64,000 nucleotides of DNA from NCBI GenBank assembly GCA_030141605.1, contig JAQGDQ010000117.1, positions 310,001-374,000 of the forward strand. The letters are read 5' to 3'. The stretch is from Tubiluchus corallicola. Its lineage: Eukaryota; Animalia; Priapulida. The notes under the pieces are model-generated. The model did not search any database, had not been told where the DNA came from, and saw only the letters and a list, made by a program, of their open reading frames with translations. This document shows positions 25,501-50,996 of this stretch, one piece after another. The position numbers were made by a program, and so were the translations under genes. Position 1 is the stretch's first letter. Every line of letters starts with the position of its first letter.

Positions 25501-28500
25501 TTTATAAGAGTACCGAAAAATACACAAAAAAGTCGAAGTGGAATACATTGCCCTTTCATGTAATGGAATACATTTGCATTATGTCTATTAATAATTCATC
25601 TCTTGCAACAATTAAACTATTTCAGTATGTTTAGAGGTGTTAATATATCAAATACAACAGATATCGAAAAACATTTCGTCAAAATATATGCACGAGCTTG
25701 TTGAACAAAAAGAAAGTTATAGAATAAAAATAATAAAGTTATTATAGAATTGTTAATATAATTAAGTATGACTGGAGTCATTTCGATTCCAGTTTAGCCG
25801 GTATATGATACTGTTTTCTAAGAATTATATGTAAGATGAAATAGGATGTAACTGCTCTATATGTCAACGGAATTAATTTTGCTAAATTTTATTTTCTCAT
25901 AAGCGCATCTTCGCATTTCTTGACCGACTTTAAAGTTTTAAAATCTGTTATTGCTTTTATCATGTAGTGTCTCACGCGCTATTTTCAATAATCTGCAGTG
26001 TTTTATATTGTGTATGTCATTAAGCTAATTTGATTAGCTTCACCTTTTACTGACATCCAGATCTTGAATACTGAATAAATGTAAATGGTTTGTTTGTAGT
26101 AGGCTTATAATTCGAGTACAATTTTGCATATTATTCTGTCTACTTTATAGCTTTAATGTATGTAAAATTGTAATTGTGCTAGTAAAATTAGTAACCAGTC
26201 GTTCAAAAGCTACAATGAGCTTATTTTTTTATTTTATAATTCGACTTCAAACAAAATTTTAATTTACCTCAACTCGTATCAATTTTTAATTTTATGTCTT
26301 CGTAAAGGAAGCAAATGCTAATTGATTGCTATAATGGCGCCTGAACTCATTCAGAGTTTTTAAAGGCTGGTAGTTTCCAATTACGCTTGAAATATTGGAA
26401 CCTTATTTTGCAATTTAAGTAAATAATTTTTAACTGTAATTATTCGTGACTACTTTTATACAGTCTGAATTTGAAAACGCCTTACTGCACCCTCTCTCCA
26501 GTGCACTATGCATTAATTAATGCGGAATAAATATGTATAATTGTTCTGAATTTAAAAGAAACAGTTAAATAGAAAACACGATGTTTCAAACGACCACTGC
26601 AGTTTACCTTCAAGTGAAAGAAACGGGATGAAAAAATCATATCAAATTACTAATACTAAGTTTTCGAGGCGAGTTTTTTATTTATATTATTAGCACGTAA
26701 AGATATCACGCCAAAAGGATACAAGTAAATAAATAAAAAAACGCAGAAGCACAGTAAATGTTTTTTATTGGTTTTTGTTAATATGCTTTATATATTTGCT
26801 GCATTTCTATCTTATTTCTACGTGCTTGGATTGTTTTTAGTATGATATCTTTATGTGCTAGAGAAATAGAAAAATTAATTTTACTAATTCCAAATGATTT
26901 TCTTGTCCTTTTTTCACTTGAAAGCAAACTACAGTAGTAGTTTGAACATCGGGTTTTTTCTGTTTCCCTGTTTTTAAATTTATTGTTTTTCAGTTGTGGG
27001 ATTCCCTCATTTACTGTCAATATCCTTGTAATTTGTGTTAGTAGAATTTCAAGGCGAACTTAGACCAAATGTAACAAGTTCCTTTCATTTATAAAAAATG
27101 TAATCTAAATTAAGGCGTTGATTAAACTTTAATGTTTGAACTTGGACAAATTTCATGACCAATTTGGGATGTAAGAGTCTAAGAGTTTTACATCTAAGAG
27201 TAAATCTAAGAGTAGTGGTAATTAGAAAAGTTATAGTTTAGCCTACCAACTAATGTGTTTACAACGAAGCAGGCGATCTCTTTATTTGTTAAAAAGACAA
27301 AGAAAAGGACGACGTACGATTTCATGGAATCTCATCATACCTTACATCTTTAAGTATAATTTTACTCTCCTCCTTAGTTTTGATTGTATAATTTATATCG
27401 TGGAAACTGATGACGGATCCGGAAGCAGTACTCTTGATCCGGTGAAGACGTTTGTGGGTTGGCGTCTGCCCCTTAGTAAACGACCCATACGCATTCGATG
27501 TGCTCATCGTACGCTTCCGAGTGAGAGGGGCATGTCGTGATTGTGCCCCGTACAACGAGGTTTCCCTTTTCGTCCATTTTGCCCCTGGCTGCGCAAGAGC
27601 TCGATCTATGGCCGTTTCACCACTCCACTGTTTTAACGCCATTTTGTACTTCACAATATATTTACGGTAAAACTTTGTCTCGTTGCTGCAATCGTTCTTT
27701 CAAGTAATATTCCCACCAATGAATTAGAAATAAAGGAAACTGTTCACTAACTACAGCTTTTAATGTCTAACTTAGGAAAACAACAGTAAGCGTCTAGCGC
27801 TGTTTAACACTTTTATTGACAGTAGAGAAAGTCTGTTGACAGTACAGTGCAGTCAATATTTACCCATACAGATGACAGTCACGACTGTTTTTGATCAAAA
27901 TTGTCATGTTCATGCATTTTGTTTCCAGTAATATCAAAAGTTATCTCCATCATGGACCTTCGCATGGCCAATGTAAGTTAACTATCTATTCTTTCTTCCT
28001 TTAGCCTTATTACTATTTTGTTGTTGTTGTTGTTGTTGTTGTCGTCGTCGTTGTTGATATTGTTTGTCTTATATATAATTTGTAATTTTTTTAGTAATTT
28101 TGCAGCGTATATAGCTTTTATTTTATTAATTTAAGAAGAGTAGCTGACTTGATCACCTGATGGTCTTTCGTTATCCTTTCTCTTGCACCTACTTAATGAC
28201 TTCTTGATATATATTTTCTTCCTTTTATTTGCGTGTAAATTTTACATGTTTAATCAGTTATGTATTTTATGTAAATGTGCATTAGAAGAGATCAATAAAC
28301 ATATCTACGTCTATGTCCATATTGTCTGTAATCTGTATAGCATAATACATATAGTATTACGCTATGTTCCTGTAAGGAGGGGCGTTCACGAGTAAGATGA
28401 GCCAGTTTATAATTAAGGATAATAACATACTTATAATCAGATTAATTCAAGCGCATGTATATGAATATAATAAACATACAATCTGACAAAAATGCTAAGC

Positions 28501-29942
28501 TAATTTGAAGCTGCTATAAGATGCACAATTTCCTTTCAGTTAAAATAGCTTTTTTAATGAACAAACAAAAGGTATTAGAGTGAGTAACATCTTATAATTT
28601 AATTCATGTTAATTCAGTTGTTTCTATAAATTATATGAATTAGTGGCAAAATTAAGGTTAATTTTACACTACTAACTAACAATTATTTAAACAGGTGTTC
28701 AGCAAGAATGTAATGCAACGTCTTGAACCAAGCAATAGCACACACATATTTTTTTCTGGATCCTTCTCAATCCCGAAGAAGAAAAAGGAAAACCATCATC
28801 GTTATCAATATCATCATTATCATCATCAATAGCCTTCACACGTTAAAAAATGATTACGCCATTACTTACTTAACATCGCGAAGAATTTGCTTTGTTTCTT
28901 TCTTTACTTTTATTTCGTAGTTGATATGATGAAAACTGATAACGGATCCAACTCGAGTTTTTTTCTGCGGCTCCATATGTACCATGCTCGGCTGTTTCCC
29001 TCGAATAAATGACCCATAAGCACCTATAATTATAAGAATGACAAGATAAAAGCCATTTGTCTATTGTAATTATAATACTAGTAGTAGGCTTACATTATTT
29101 TAACTGAAAATGGCATTATGAAATAATACAATCACGAATTTCTTGTTTCCATTATGACGGCAGTAGTTTTCAAAATGGATTCTCTAGAAAAGTAACCTGT
29201 TTTTTGGAGCGAGTCATAGTGCCGAATGCATAATGCTACTTGCGTGCTTTTCGAAAGCTCGCACCGTTTCTAGAAAACAAGTGTATTTATTATCTTTCTT
29301 TAATTAAGAAACTCCATTAGTGTTAAACTGACCAGTCCCGTGGCATGTATACGACTAATAGCTGTTTGGAATAAAGTTTGTGTCCTGTAGCAGAATCTTT
29401 CCGCCCGCCATTAACTGCTTTCTCCTGTGTAATTAATTTTGGCTTGATTCGTTACAAAATTTGTTATTTGAAAAAAAAATCCAAGGCTTTCAAAAGTATT
29501 AGAACGTAATTGAAACCCGTGAATGAGAAATCCAAATATACTCTAGTAAAGTGGTATAAATCAATATTTATTTAATTCAATTCAGTGTTTTATTTGGCTA
29601 AATTGTACCAAAAATTTGCAGCAGAATTACATAACAATGTTAGTAAAATATCTTTGCGGTGTATTTATATATAAATGTCCCTAAACTGCTCGCTGTCTGA
29701 TAGCACATTTAACAGAAACTCTAGCATCACCTGTTTCACTCACCTGTGCTCATTGTTCTTTGCCGCCTAAACTGCTCGCCCGCCAAAACATGAGAAAGAG
29801 GGTGAGATTGAGATTGTGAACTGGGTCTCAGTAGTTTAGGCGTTGAGACTGGATCCAGTTGATCATGTCCGGTTTTGTACTTGAAAGTGCCCTCTCCCCG
29901 CGTTATAGCAACGCTGCCGCCTCTCCCAATTAAATCCTCCAT
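12301..29942 (-). CDS. ABCG2: ABCG2-like ABC half transporter, paralog A (~734 aa distal isoform, ~717 aa proximal isoform)
   Basis: Exons: 29744-29942, 28870-29023 (or alternative 27341-27642), 25367-25426 (Walker [10 protein letters not shown]), 22324-22438, 21948-22100, 21480-21637 ([19 protein letters not shown]), 20551-20702, 19297-19434 (NNPPDFFLD), 17842-17895, 17326-17513, 16839-16904, 16250-16335, 14736-14825, 14114-14238, 13172-13326, 12795-12946, 12301-12460 (...[11 protein letters not shown]). All GT-AG, total length divisible by 3, NBD-then-TMD order. Confidence 0.93.
13647..14067. mobile_element. hAT-type MITE with 8-bp target-site duplication
   Basis: TIRs cagggacgtat / atacgcccctg; identical flanking catataag at 13639-13646 and 14068-14075. 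Confidence 0.85.
14864..16111. mobile_element. Non-autonomous TIR element (Tc1/mariner-like) with nested insertions
   Basis: caggtggcgcagaaaaaaaatgtgccga at the left; tcggcacatttttttgcgcca at the right (inverted). Confidence 0.55.
14924..15095. mobile_element. Small Tc1/pogo-type MITE nested in the preceding element
   Basis: TIRs cagtcaagcctc / gaggtttgacgg. Confidence 0.65.
18692..19150 (+). mobile_element. Candidate solo LTR, antisense within an ABCG-A intron
   Basis: TGTTA...TAACA ends, repeated U3-like motifs (18842-18991), TATAAAA at 19014, AATAAA at 19104; no target-site duplication found and left end uncertain. Confidence 0.5.
19705..19824 (+). mobile_element. LINE/SINE 3' tail with stem-loop (family copy 1)
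   Basis: aaggggcagctgaccaagtgaccgataggtctttcgctgctccttctc, then AATAAA and (ttgaa)n; similar to the copies at 28134 and 38443-38633. Confidence 0.55.
20047..20587 (-). repeat. ~49-bp minisatellite (about 10-11 diverged units) made of an ABCG-A exon 3' end plus splice donor
   Basis: Plus-strand unit ~ctagtcacttgcttacctattgaatcgaagtagtcaatggcttctnttg; the rightmost unit is the real exon/intron junction at 20551/20550. Confidence 0.9.
22494..22535. repeat. (TA)n microsatellite
   Basis: Direct reading. Confidence 0.95.
23090..24070 (-). mobile_element. Possible highly decayed LINE fragment (ORF1/endonuclease region)
   Basis: Coding-like composition in an intron, broken frames, endonuclease-like LQLYRR motif; weak similarity judged by eye only. 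Confidence 0.25.
27341..27642 (-). CDS. Alternative (proximal) first coding exon of ABCG paralog A
   Basis: ATG at 27642, MALKQWSGE...[14 protein letters not shown]...[26 protein letters not shown]; phase-2 donor AG|gtatga fits exon 25367-25426; homologous to the distal exon pair 29744-29942 + 28870-29023. Confidence 0.75.
28017..28057. repeat. (GTT/GTC)n microsatellite
   Basis: Direct reading. Confidence 0.9.
28134..28318 (+). mobile_element. LINE/SINE 3' tail with stem-loop (family copy 2)
   Basis: agaagagtagctgacttgatcacctgatggtctttcgttatcctttctcttgcac...aataaac followed by a (tctatg)-like tail. Confidence 0.55.
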
Positions 29943-30500
29943 TTTTCAGGTGTTTGCACGAAGGAGTTCGTCCAAGTATCCAAATTTTAGTTTTAGTTAC
30001 TAAGTTCTGAAGCTAACGTTTACCGCCTTGCTACAGTCTTCAATTAAATCTTTGTTTAGTTTACCACTTCAATTAATTAAATAATATCACATAAGTATTA
30101 TCTTGATAATAACGCCACATCTATGCTAGCTGGTCAACTTGTTGCATACACTTGCAAAATTTGATCATTATCCATCTATATAGGTCTGATGAATGATCAA
30201 CAATATTTAGGTTAAATCAGGCTATTAATATTTACATTAAATCGGCAAAGTTGATTAAATATTATTATGAGCGTCACTAATCTGTACTGAACTTTGGCAC
30301 AGCTCCTTGGTCCACCTTTGTGACATTGACAGCTTGAGAACAGTGATTGATTTCTCTAACACCTCACGATGGTCTAGAAAGTAGTAACGTCTTGGAGGAC
30401 ATTGTAAATCTTCAACTATCTTTAGTTGATAATAGTTTCTGGCTGAATCTCTTACTGTACTTTATATACCCTATATAGTACACTTTATATTCTCTAAAGT

Positions 30501-30660
30501 CTAAGTTCGAGTCCCAGTGGAGGTGCAAAACTTTTTCTAGCTTTCGAATTTAGTATTGCTTCCCTACGTTTATATGATGATCTTGTACCGTGTCTTGATA
30601 CAGTGTAGAATGCGATTTCCGTTGATACACCTCTTTTAAGAGAAATTACAAGAATAATCT
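30501..30660 (+). mobile_element. 5'-truncated tRNA-derived SINE-like fragment
   Basis: Pol III B-box-like gttcgagtccc with no full cloverleaf. Confidence 0.35.
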
Positions 30661-31039
30661 TAGAGTCTTAGAGTAAATTTCTAAGGCCCATTTCACAGTG
30701 ATGACGCAAGGAAAAATGACGCACATAATTGCTGTCAAAAATCAGAAAATTTTCTGAAAATTTCCAATTTATCTCGAAATCCGGTGCAGCAAGAAAGTTC
30801 ACTTCACTGTGAAAACGGGCGGTTTTTCCGCGCGTCCAGTTAGCTAAAGCTACTTTGTGAGTTTTATACTGTATAACCATGACTGAATTAAGTTCTACTT
30901 GCCGTATTTCTCATATACAAAGTACAATTAATAATGTTAGTTAATCTAGTGTCAGACCTGGTTTTTTTAAATTCTAATAACCATTTCAAAATCTGAAATT
31001 TACATAAATTATATAAAATAAATAAATATACATTTATTC

Positions 31040-31330
31040 ATTTATTTATTTTATTTTATTCACACCCAATAGTAAAATACAGTCTACAATTAAAACAATA
31101 TATATAAACCATAGTGGCAAAACATACAAATAAAATATTTACAAGAGTGTGGTAAAGGCACAGAGAGATTAACTGCTTAATTGTGTCTATTGTGTACAAG
31201 GCATTTATGCAAGTTAACTTTATATAAGCGAATTTTAAATAACTTAATATTTTGTGCAGTTACGAGGGGTGCACCATCAACATATGCAGGCAATGAGTTT
31301 AATGTAGTATTCTTGTTATTTTGATTGGAC
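31040..31330 (-). mobile_element. CR1-like LINE 3' end fragment
   Basis: Translation NSLPAYV...VTAQNIKLFKIRL resembles a CR1 ORF2 C-terminus; tail ttttattcacaccca recurs near 7957. Confidence 0.5.
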
Positions 31331-31477
31331 GATCTGCCGAGTGCTCCACTATAAGAAAGTTTTGGTTGAGAGCAAAGTGAACCAAGTTTATCTTGCACTG
31401 GTTCGTTTTGTGAATCGACTGTAGTTTCTTGATGGTTTGACTAAATTGTAGAACAACCGAAACTTAATAATGCTAAT

Positions 31478-33358
31478 ATGGGGAAAGAAATGCAAGCCCA
31501 ATGTGTTGCCAGTGATAGCACTCGTAATCTCTTCAAAGAACTTAGCGAGATTAAAAGCAAAACGAATACAGTATCTTCTGTTGTGGAGGGCTGTTTACTT
31601 CCTCAAGATATTAATAACATGTTTGCTGAAGAATTTAAATATCTTTATAATATGGTCGGATATGACGAGAGTGATATGAATACAATCATTCACAATATTG
31701 AAAATAGATTATTTGTCAATGTTAACTGTGACGACTACGTGCGGTTTTCTTTGAAAACGCCATTTCTCTCATCAAGCCTAACAAGAGTGACAAAAGCTCT
31801 GCTATACTATGCTCTGACAGCATTATTAATGGTCCGCCCTCATTCATTTAATTATGTTGGCTAATTGCGTGGTGAGTCATGGTAGTCCTGATTTTTTTAT
31901 TCTCTAACATGATTCCTATTCTAAAAGACAAAAGGGATGATACGTCTGACAAAAATAACTACCGTGGAATTGCTTTATCATCGTGTCTTGGTAAAATATT
32001 TGATTGGCTCATTCTGCAAGCATTTGCATGTCAGATCTTCAATTGGGTTTTAAACATGATGTTTTCACCATTATGTGTATGTCTATCATAAAAGAGACGA
32101 TCTGCTATTAAACATATCTGACGGTAATTTTACTTATTGTGCTCTACTTAACGCCTCCAACGCTTTTTATAAAGTAAACTTTTGTAAGCTATTTAATATT
32201 GCTTGAGACTAAAATGCCTACATCTGCATTGTGCCTGTTGATCAACATATGCAGTGAATAACGTGATTTCTAGGTCTGTTAATATTGGCAACATAATTTA
32301 TGGTAAAAACCGCGCGCATGGGCGTTTTTGGGACATTACATAATTTGCGAATAGCTGTGTTTCATGAAATTTCACTGCAGTTTATAAACCATATCCAACA
32401 GTTTTAACTAGACTAATTCTTTTTGTCATTGTATCCAACAGTTCTAACTAGACTAATTCTTTTTTTTGTCACCATAGCCAACAGTTCTAACTAGACTAAT
32501 TCTTTTTTGTCACAACATCTAACAGTTCTAACTAGACTAACTCTTTTTGTCACCATATACAACAGTTCTATACGGTAAATGTTTTTCACACAAAGCGATA
32601 GCAAAAAGTTCGATATCAATTTTGTAGACATCCTTCTAAATAAGCGCGGGGACTTTATTTGTCAATGTAACAACATAACATATAATTATTTGGCTTGTTA
32701 ATTCAGATCTCAAATCGAAATTGTTTGAAACGTATTGTCACTGTTTTTATAATTCTCAATTATGGTGCCTGGATAACCCATAATAACGCTCATATGCAGT
32801 TTTTACCATGCATTGCCAACACTAACTGACCTGGAAATCAGTTTTGTAAAAGATATTTTAAATTTTATGTATTCAATTTAAATAGCCTAAACAATGTGAT
32901 CAGTTTCTTTGCTCGTCATGCATCGATTTTGGGTTTTAATATTGCATATATTTGTAGTAAATACAATGTTACTGTTGATGATTTTATTAAGAAATGCGAA
33001 GCCACTAATACAGTTATTTGAGCAACCCAGTGCTAAATGAAAACGATAATCTAATTAAAGAATTTGTGTTGACGATTTTAAAATGCATGAATGATAGAGA
33101 GTTTTCCTTTCTGAGCCATAACGAATTGAATACCATGCTTAGGCACATCGTCTCCATGTAACTTTTTAATAATGTTGTACCATAATTACGTCTGTTTATA
33201 AATTTGTTACTAACCTTTAGTCACTTATTTATTTTTTATATTTTTATTTCTTCATGTACTGATCTTTTTTATATAATGATCATATAATTCATAATGATGT
33301 ATGTATCGTGTTGATCGAAAATAAATGATAATAAAATAATAATAATAATAATAATAAC
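31478..33358 (+). mobile_element. Decayed non-LTR retrotransposon (CR1/L2-group) reverse transcriptase relic
   Basis: IPILKDKRDDTSDKNNYRGIALSSCLGKIFDWLIL, followed by frameshifted Q-GFK and LLNASNAFYKVNFCKLF RT motifs; ends in AATAAA + (TAA)n; interrupted by a minisatellite. Confidence 0.8.
32389..32570. repeat. ~40-bp minisatellite, ~5 units
   Basis: Unit ccatatccaacagttctaactagactaattcttttttgtca. Confidence 0.9.
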
Positions 33359-34734
33359 AACACAAAAGGCACTTAGAAATAACAGTGTTAACAGGAAATA
33401 TCCCAAAAAGGGAGTTAAGACTTCGGAGCGCTGCTAAAGATGATTCTTGTTAATTCTGCCATTTCTTGTTTATAATCTAAATGTTGTTACACGTTCTTGG
33501 TTCACTTTTGCCTTTCGATATGTTTTATTACCTATTTTTCAAATACATATGACATTATAAACATTGCCCACGTAGCATACTACGTAACAGAGGAGCCTTA
33601 GTTAAAGCTTTTAGTGCACCTATGCACTTAATGCACTTATATCAGTTATAAGGCTTACACTTTGCAAAAGTGTGACCTACTGCGTTATCTACTAATAATA
33701 CATCTACAATGTTGGTAGTATTGTACCACAGAATTTGTTTATTAAAAGAAAATTCGCATCATATAGCTAATAAATAGCAGTTTCAAAATCGTTGTAAATG
33801 CGTAAATAATAATTTCAACAACGACCACAGAGCAAAAAAAGAGTAAACAGAAACTACTCGCATGTATATTATCTGTCCCTACCAAGTTTCTATATAGAGG
33901 TTTTAGTACTACAATCTTTTTAAGAAGACAAATCATTAGAAAATCGCATTATCAAATCACTTTAGTACTCTTAACACAGATCGCATCACCTCAAAGAAAA
34001 AATACATATTGACATCTAAACCAGTTCCGGTTCAGTGCCTCAGCTGAGGAGCAGCCTTGATAGTGAGCCAGATTCCAGGTTCCCCACAGCCATCCGTATT
34101 GAGTAAGCATGTCGTTGAATGTCGAGTTATGGCACGCAGTGTGCGAATTCTAAAAAGTTACAGCCATACATATAACTAATAACGGGGCAAACAACAAAAA
34201 CAGTACATCAATCTTGCTTGCGTCGTCTATAACAGTTGTTAATTATTTAAATATTCGCAGCTTGAAATATAAGACTTAGTATTAATAATTTCTCACAAAC
34301 AATTGTCACTTTATTAAAACAATTCACCAATGTTTGAACATCATAATTACATTTTCACTATACCAATAGGAATCGCTAGAATAAACTATAACAAACATAA
34401 TTATCTGGAAGATTTTGATTGTGTAAGCGATATAATCTTGAGAGAAATAATTAAATGAATTCTCGCATGGGTGGCGGTAACACACCTAGGCCTAAAATTA
34501 GGTCTTTATTTCGAATTTTACCAATTAACATTGCCTCAGCAGTATTAGGCTAACACTCGCTGGAGTGTCTTACTAAAACCATCCAAACTTCCAGTCATCC
34601 TTTCAAATATAATGAATGTTATACTGTGCAGCTCTATGTACATATATTTGAACATTAATTTTTGGTATCACCTTTTTTTACATATCTCTGCATCGCTACC
34701 TCTGCAAAACTCTGCAGACTGTTAGCGGACAGGC

Positions 34735-47819
<13,085 letters not shown>

Positions 47820-50534
47820 TTAATTTTTCTCTCCAAAGTGCTTACATGAATGTACACAATATTGTGACAGTACAAGTGCTTACACAACTTCTTTGGTTTC
47901 TACAATGAGAAGTCGGTAGTTCTTGCGTTTAAAACTGCTGGTCCAAATTTCGTTCAATTCTTTTGTGGATTTTTTATTAATTTAAATCTCTGCACTGTCT
48001 CATTCCTCTATCACTCTTTACACATTTTCACAACAAATAAAGTTGCTACACTTTCAAAAGTTGCAATATAGTTAATCTTTGTTGTGGAATATGAAAATTT
48101 GCACTGCATGTAAATGTTGAGTTAATATGCATAAAAGCTAAGTTATTATTATTACTCCGACATCACCATACGCTCAAAGTGCAAATGAGAAGGTACGCGT
48201 GAACTACATTCCCTCTCTAATCATTGTATGTACATTAATTAAACAATGTGATAGGCCTATGCCTGTTTGAATAGCAGACGTACATGCGTTTACAGTTCAC
48301 AGTTGCCTCTGCGTTTTAGCCCAACGCGAATATTTACACTCATTTAAAAGCTGAAAAAGGAATACTCGATTGATTTGTATTATAAATCTTCAAAGAATAG
48401 TAAGGTGCGACTGTCACGTGAGTAGGCACTGTATAAAGGCGTAAAAGGGGTGTAGAAAGGCGTTTTATTCCGTTTTGAGATAGTATCTGAGTTCCGCTAC
48501 GTACTGATTTTCCGTGGAATTATTCGTTCCATTAATAATTATGAACATTAACGCCTAAACTATTGTTTTCATCTTAAATAAAACTAGTCAATTTGTGATA
48601 CCTTTCAAATGTTCAGTGACTTTCCGACAGGAGGCACTTGGCTCACAGGAGAGGAATGTCAAATCTAAGAAAACTTTAAAAGTGTGTTACGACCTAACAG
48701 TTATGTTATATTAACTATTAACAGTTAATAATTATGCTTAAACTAAAACCGGAGCTAATGTTAAACTGTAGGTCAAAACAATCTCTTCTTTAAAATATTG
48801 AAAGAAAACATACTAGTTTTTAAAGAATGACTTATGTAAAAGAATTATTACCACACAAACACAATTACGAGTTCGCGCTACTAGTTCTTCGTTGTTACAT
48901 GCATTTCGACATTCGCTAGGTAGACGGGTACTAACGCCTACATTTCGGAAAACGTTGCACAAAAAACAGGCGTGTTAGTTACAGTGTTAGTAGCACAGAA
49001 CTTCATTTTCGCTTTCGCAAACCCGCACGACAATTTTATGGAGTGTTTTTGAAGTTGAAAATTATGTTAGTTTGTGATGTCATCACTAGTTGGGCTCGCC
49101 CGCCGTTAATTAAAATTTTAATCTATTATTTAATTATCAGAAATGCTTTTGCAGTATTATTGGTGTTAAAATGGACTTTTTACCGTTTTGAAAAATGGGA
49201 TAGTATACGAAAAATCATCCTGTCTTCCTTTAAGAATAAATCATCATTTATTACTATTTAATTACTGAAGTTTAAGGAATGTACTGGCCTGAGTATGATC
49301 TTTGCCTTATTGTTCAAACGGTCTTTTGATATGTGTACAAGTTCACAACAAATTTGTGGTACTTAATAAAGTATTTTGGTCTACTCTGCAATTCATTTGT
49401 GCGCTAGATCAAGTTTTATTATCACTTGAAATAAGGACTGATTTTTTTTAATTTGGCTACAATTTAAAAAGAAAATAAGTTTCGTAAATTGTTTAAATGA
49501 ATACCATTGAAAACATGGTGGTTAAAATGATTAAACTTCAATTCAGTTTAGGGGAAATGCAAAGGAAGAAATGTGACCTTCGAGTTTAAACACCAAACAC
49601 AAATTATACGTTAAAAACAATTAAGGAACAATAAAATACCACAATTTTCTTTAAGATACCTTATAAAGACAGTACTCGACTGAGGTAAAATACGTTGTCA
49701 TCGATGGGGCCACTGGTTCGGATCACACATAATGGTGGCACTTTCAGTGGTTCTTTTCAACAGCATTAACAAAGCGGGAGGTACGACATTTACTGCTGAA
49801 CTGTTACCACCTAGTTCTATTTGCATTCGCAATATATTTTAACAATTTTCAAACGAAAAAAACAAAGGAATATTAAAAATTATTTGCGCTAAAAATCTAA
49901 AGAATTTATCTACATAGTTAGTGTCGTAACATTATCTTGCTTCACTAAAAAATCAAATAGAAATTGAAAAAAACAATTTAACTTTTTAATTTAATGATAT
50001 TATAGTTGTTATTAAAACATTTAAGACGAATATGGTAGTCATGGGCCTACAATCTCTTTAAAAGTTTCATATATACAACCTCTATTCACATATGTTGTAG
50101 ACAACGATAATGTAGCAATAGATAATGAGATAAGCAATACGTAGATTATTTTTCTAATAAAACTTTCATAATTATGCAGACGTGTCGTTTTTCGATAAGA
50201 CATTCCACACTAGACAAGGCATGATAATTATTATGTCTATTAAATTATAAAATACATTACAATATACATTTAGTATTATCGTTCTCTTTGGCAATCTTTA
50301 CTTTGTCGTCGTTTTACAGTAACCGCATTTTGTCGTTGACTGGCTGTAGCTTCAAAATAAATTTAACCTTTTCACCACTTTTAATTATTTGCACTGCTTT
50401 TTTATTACGCAACAATTCATTAACTTAATGAACTCACAAACAATTGCACTCCATATCATGTTTAACGGATCACATTAGCCACATTTCATTTGATTAATTG
50501 AACTTTTCTTGGTTCCAAAACGTTAATCGCCTGT

Positions 50535-50996
50535 TCATCGCAGTTCGTTTTCGTCTAAGTACAAGACAGGAAGCTCTTTCAACTGATGGATTCCCATATT
50601 TATTATCAGTGCGTTTAGCCTTTCTTCATCTACATAATCTGCAGTGTTCACACATGATCCATACTTTATGGTTTGCACTGGTCTAAACTGAGTAGAATAA
50701 GATTTCTGAGTTGATTTGGTGTAAATAATATGTTGCTTTAGGGCTGACACCACATCCGTTTTATAAGTTGTCCTTAAAGATGCTCGCGGCTGTTGATTAA
50801 TCGGGGTCAGCACATACGGTCGCGCCACTAGGCGCTGTTCTGGTAATCGAATGATTCGTATCGACGATCGATTTTCGTTAGCAACTGCTGCTCCGAAATA
50901 GTTGTGATCAGTAATTCCTGGCTGTGAGTAGCCTTGTAAGACATTTTGGTAAAAAGTTTCATTTGGAATTACTTGCCTTTGCTGAGGATTCGACAT
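50535..50996 (-). CDS. Orphan 153-aa ORF, unknown product (possible gene relic or element-derived)
   Basis: ATG-initiated, non-repetitive ORF, long for this AT content, with a splice-acceptor-like ttttctttag ~30 nt upstream; no family recognised. Confidence 0.35.
   Translation of the reverse strand: MSNPQQRQVIPNETFYQNVLQGYSQPGITDHNYFGAAVANENRSSIRIIRLPEQRLVARPYVLTPINQQPRASLRTTYKTDVVSALKQHIIYTKSTQKSYSTQFRPVQTIKYGSCVNTADYVDEERLNALIINMGIHQLKELPVLYLDENELR

Noticed and set aside
27407-27413. CTGATGA hammerhead core (also at ~20094 and ~30185)
   Set aside because: No stem II/GAAA arrangement; these lie in an exon antisense, a minisatellite or unstructured sequence.
32389-32570. CRISPR-like 40-bp repeats
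   Set aside because: Head-to-tail minisatellite with no spacers.
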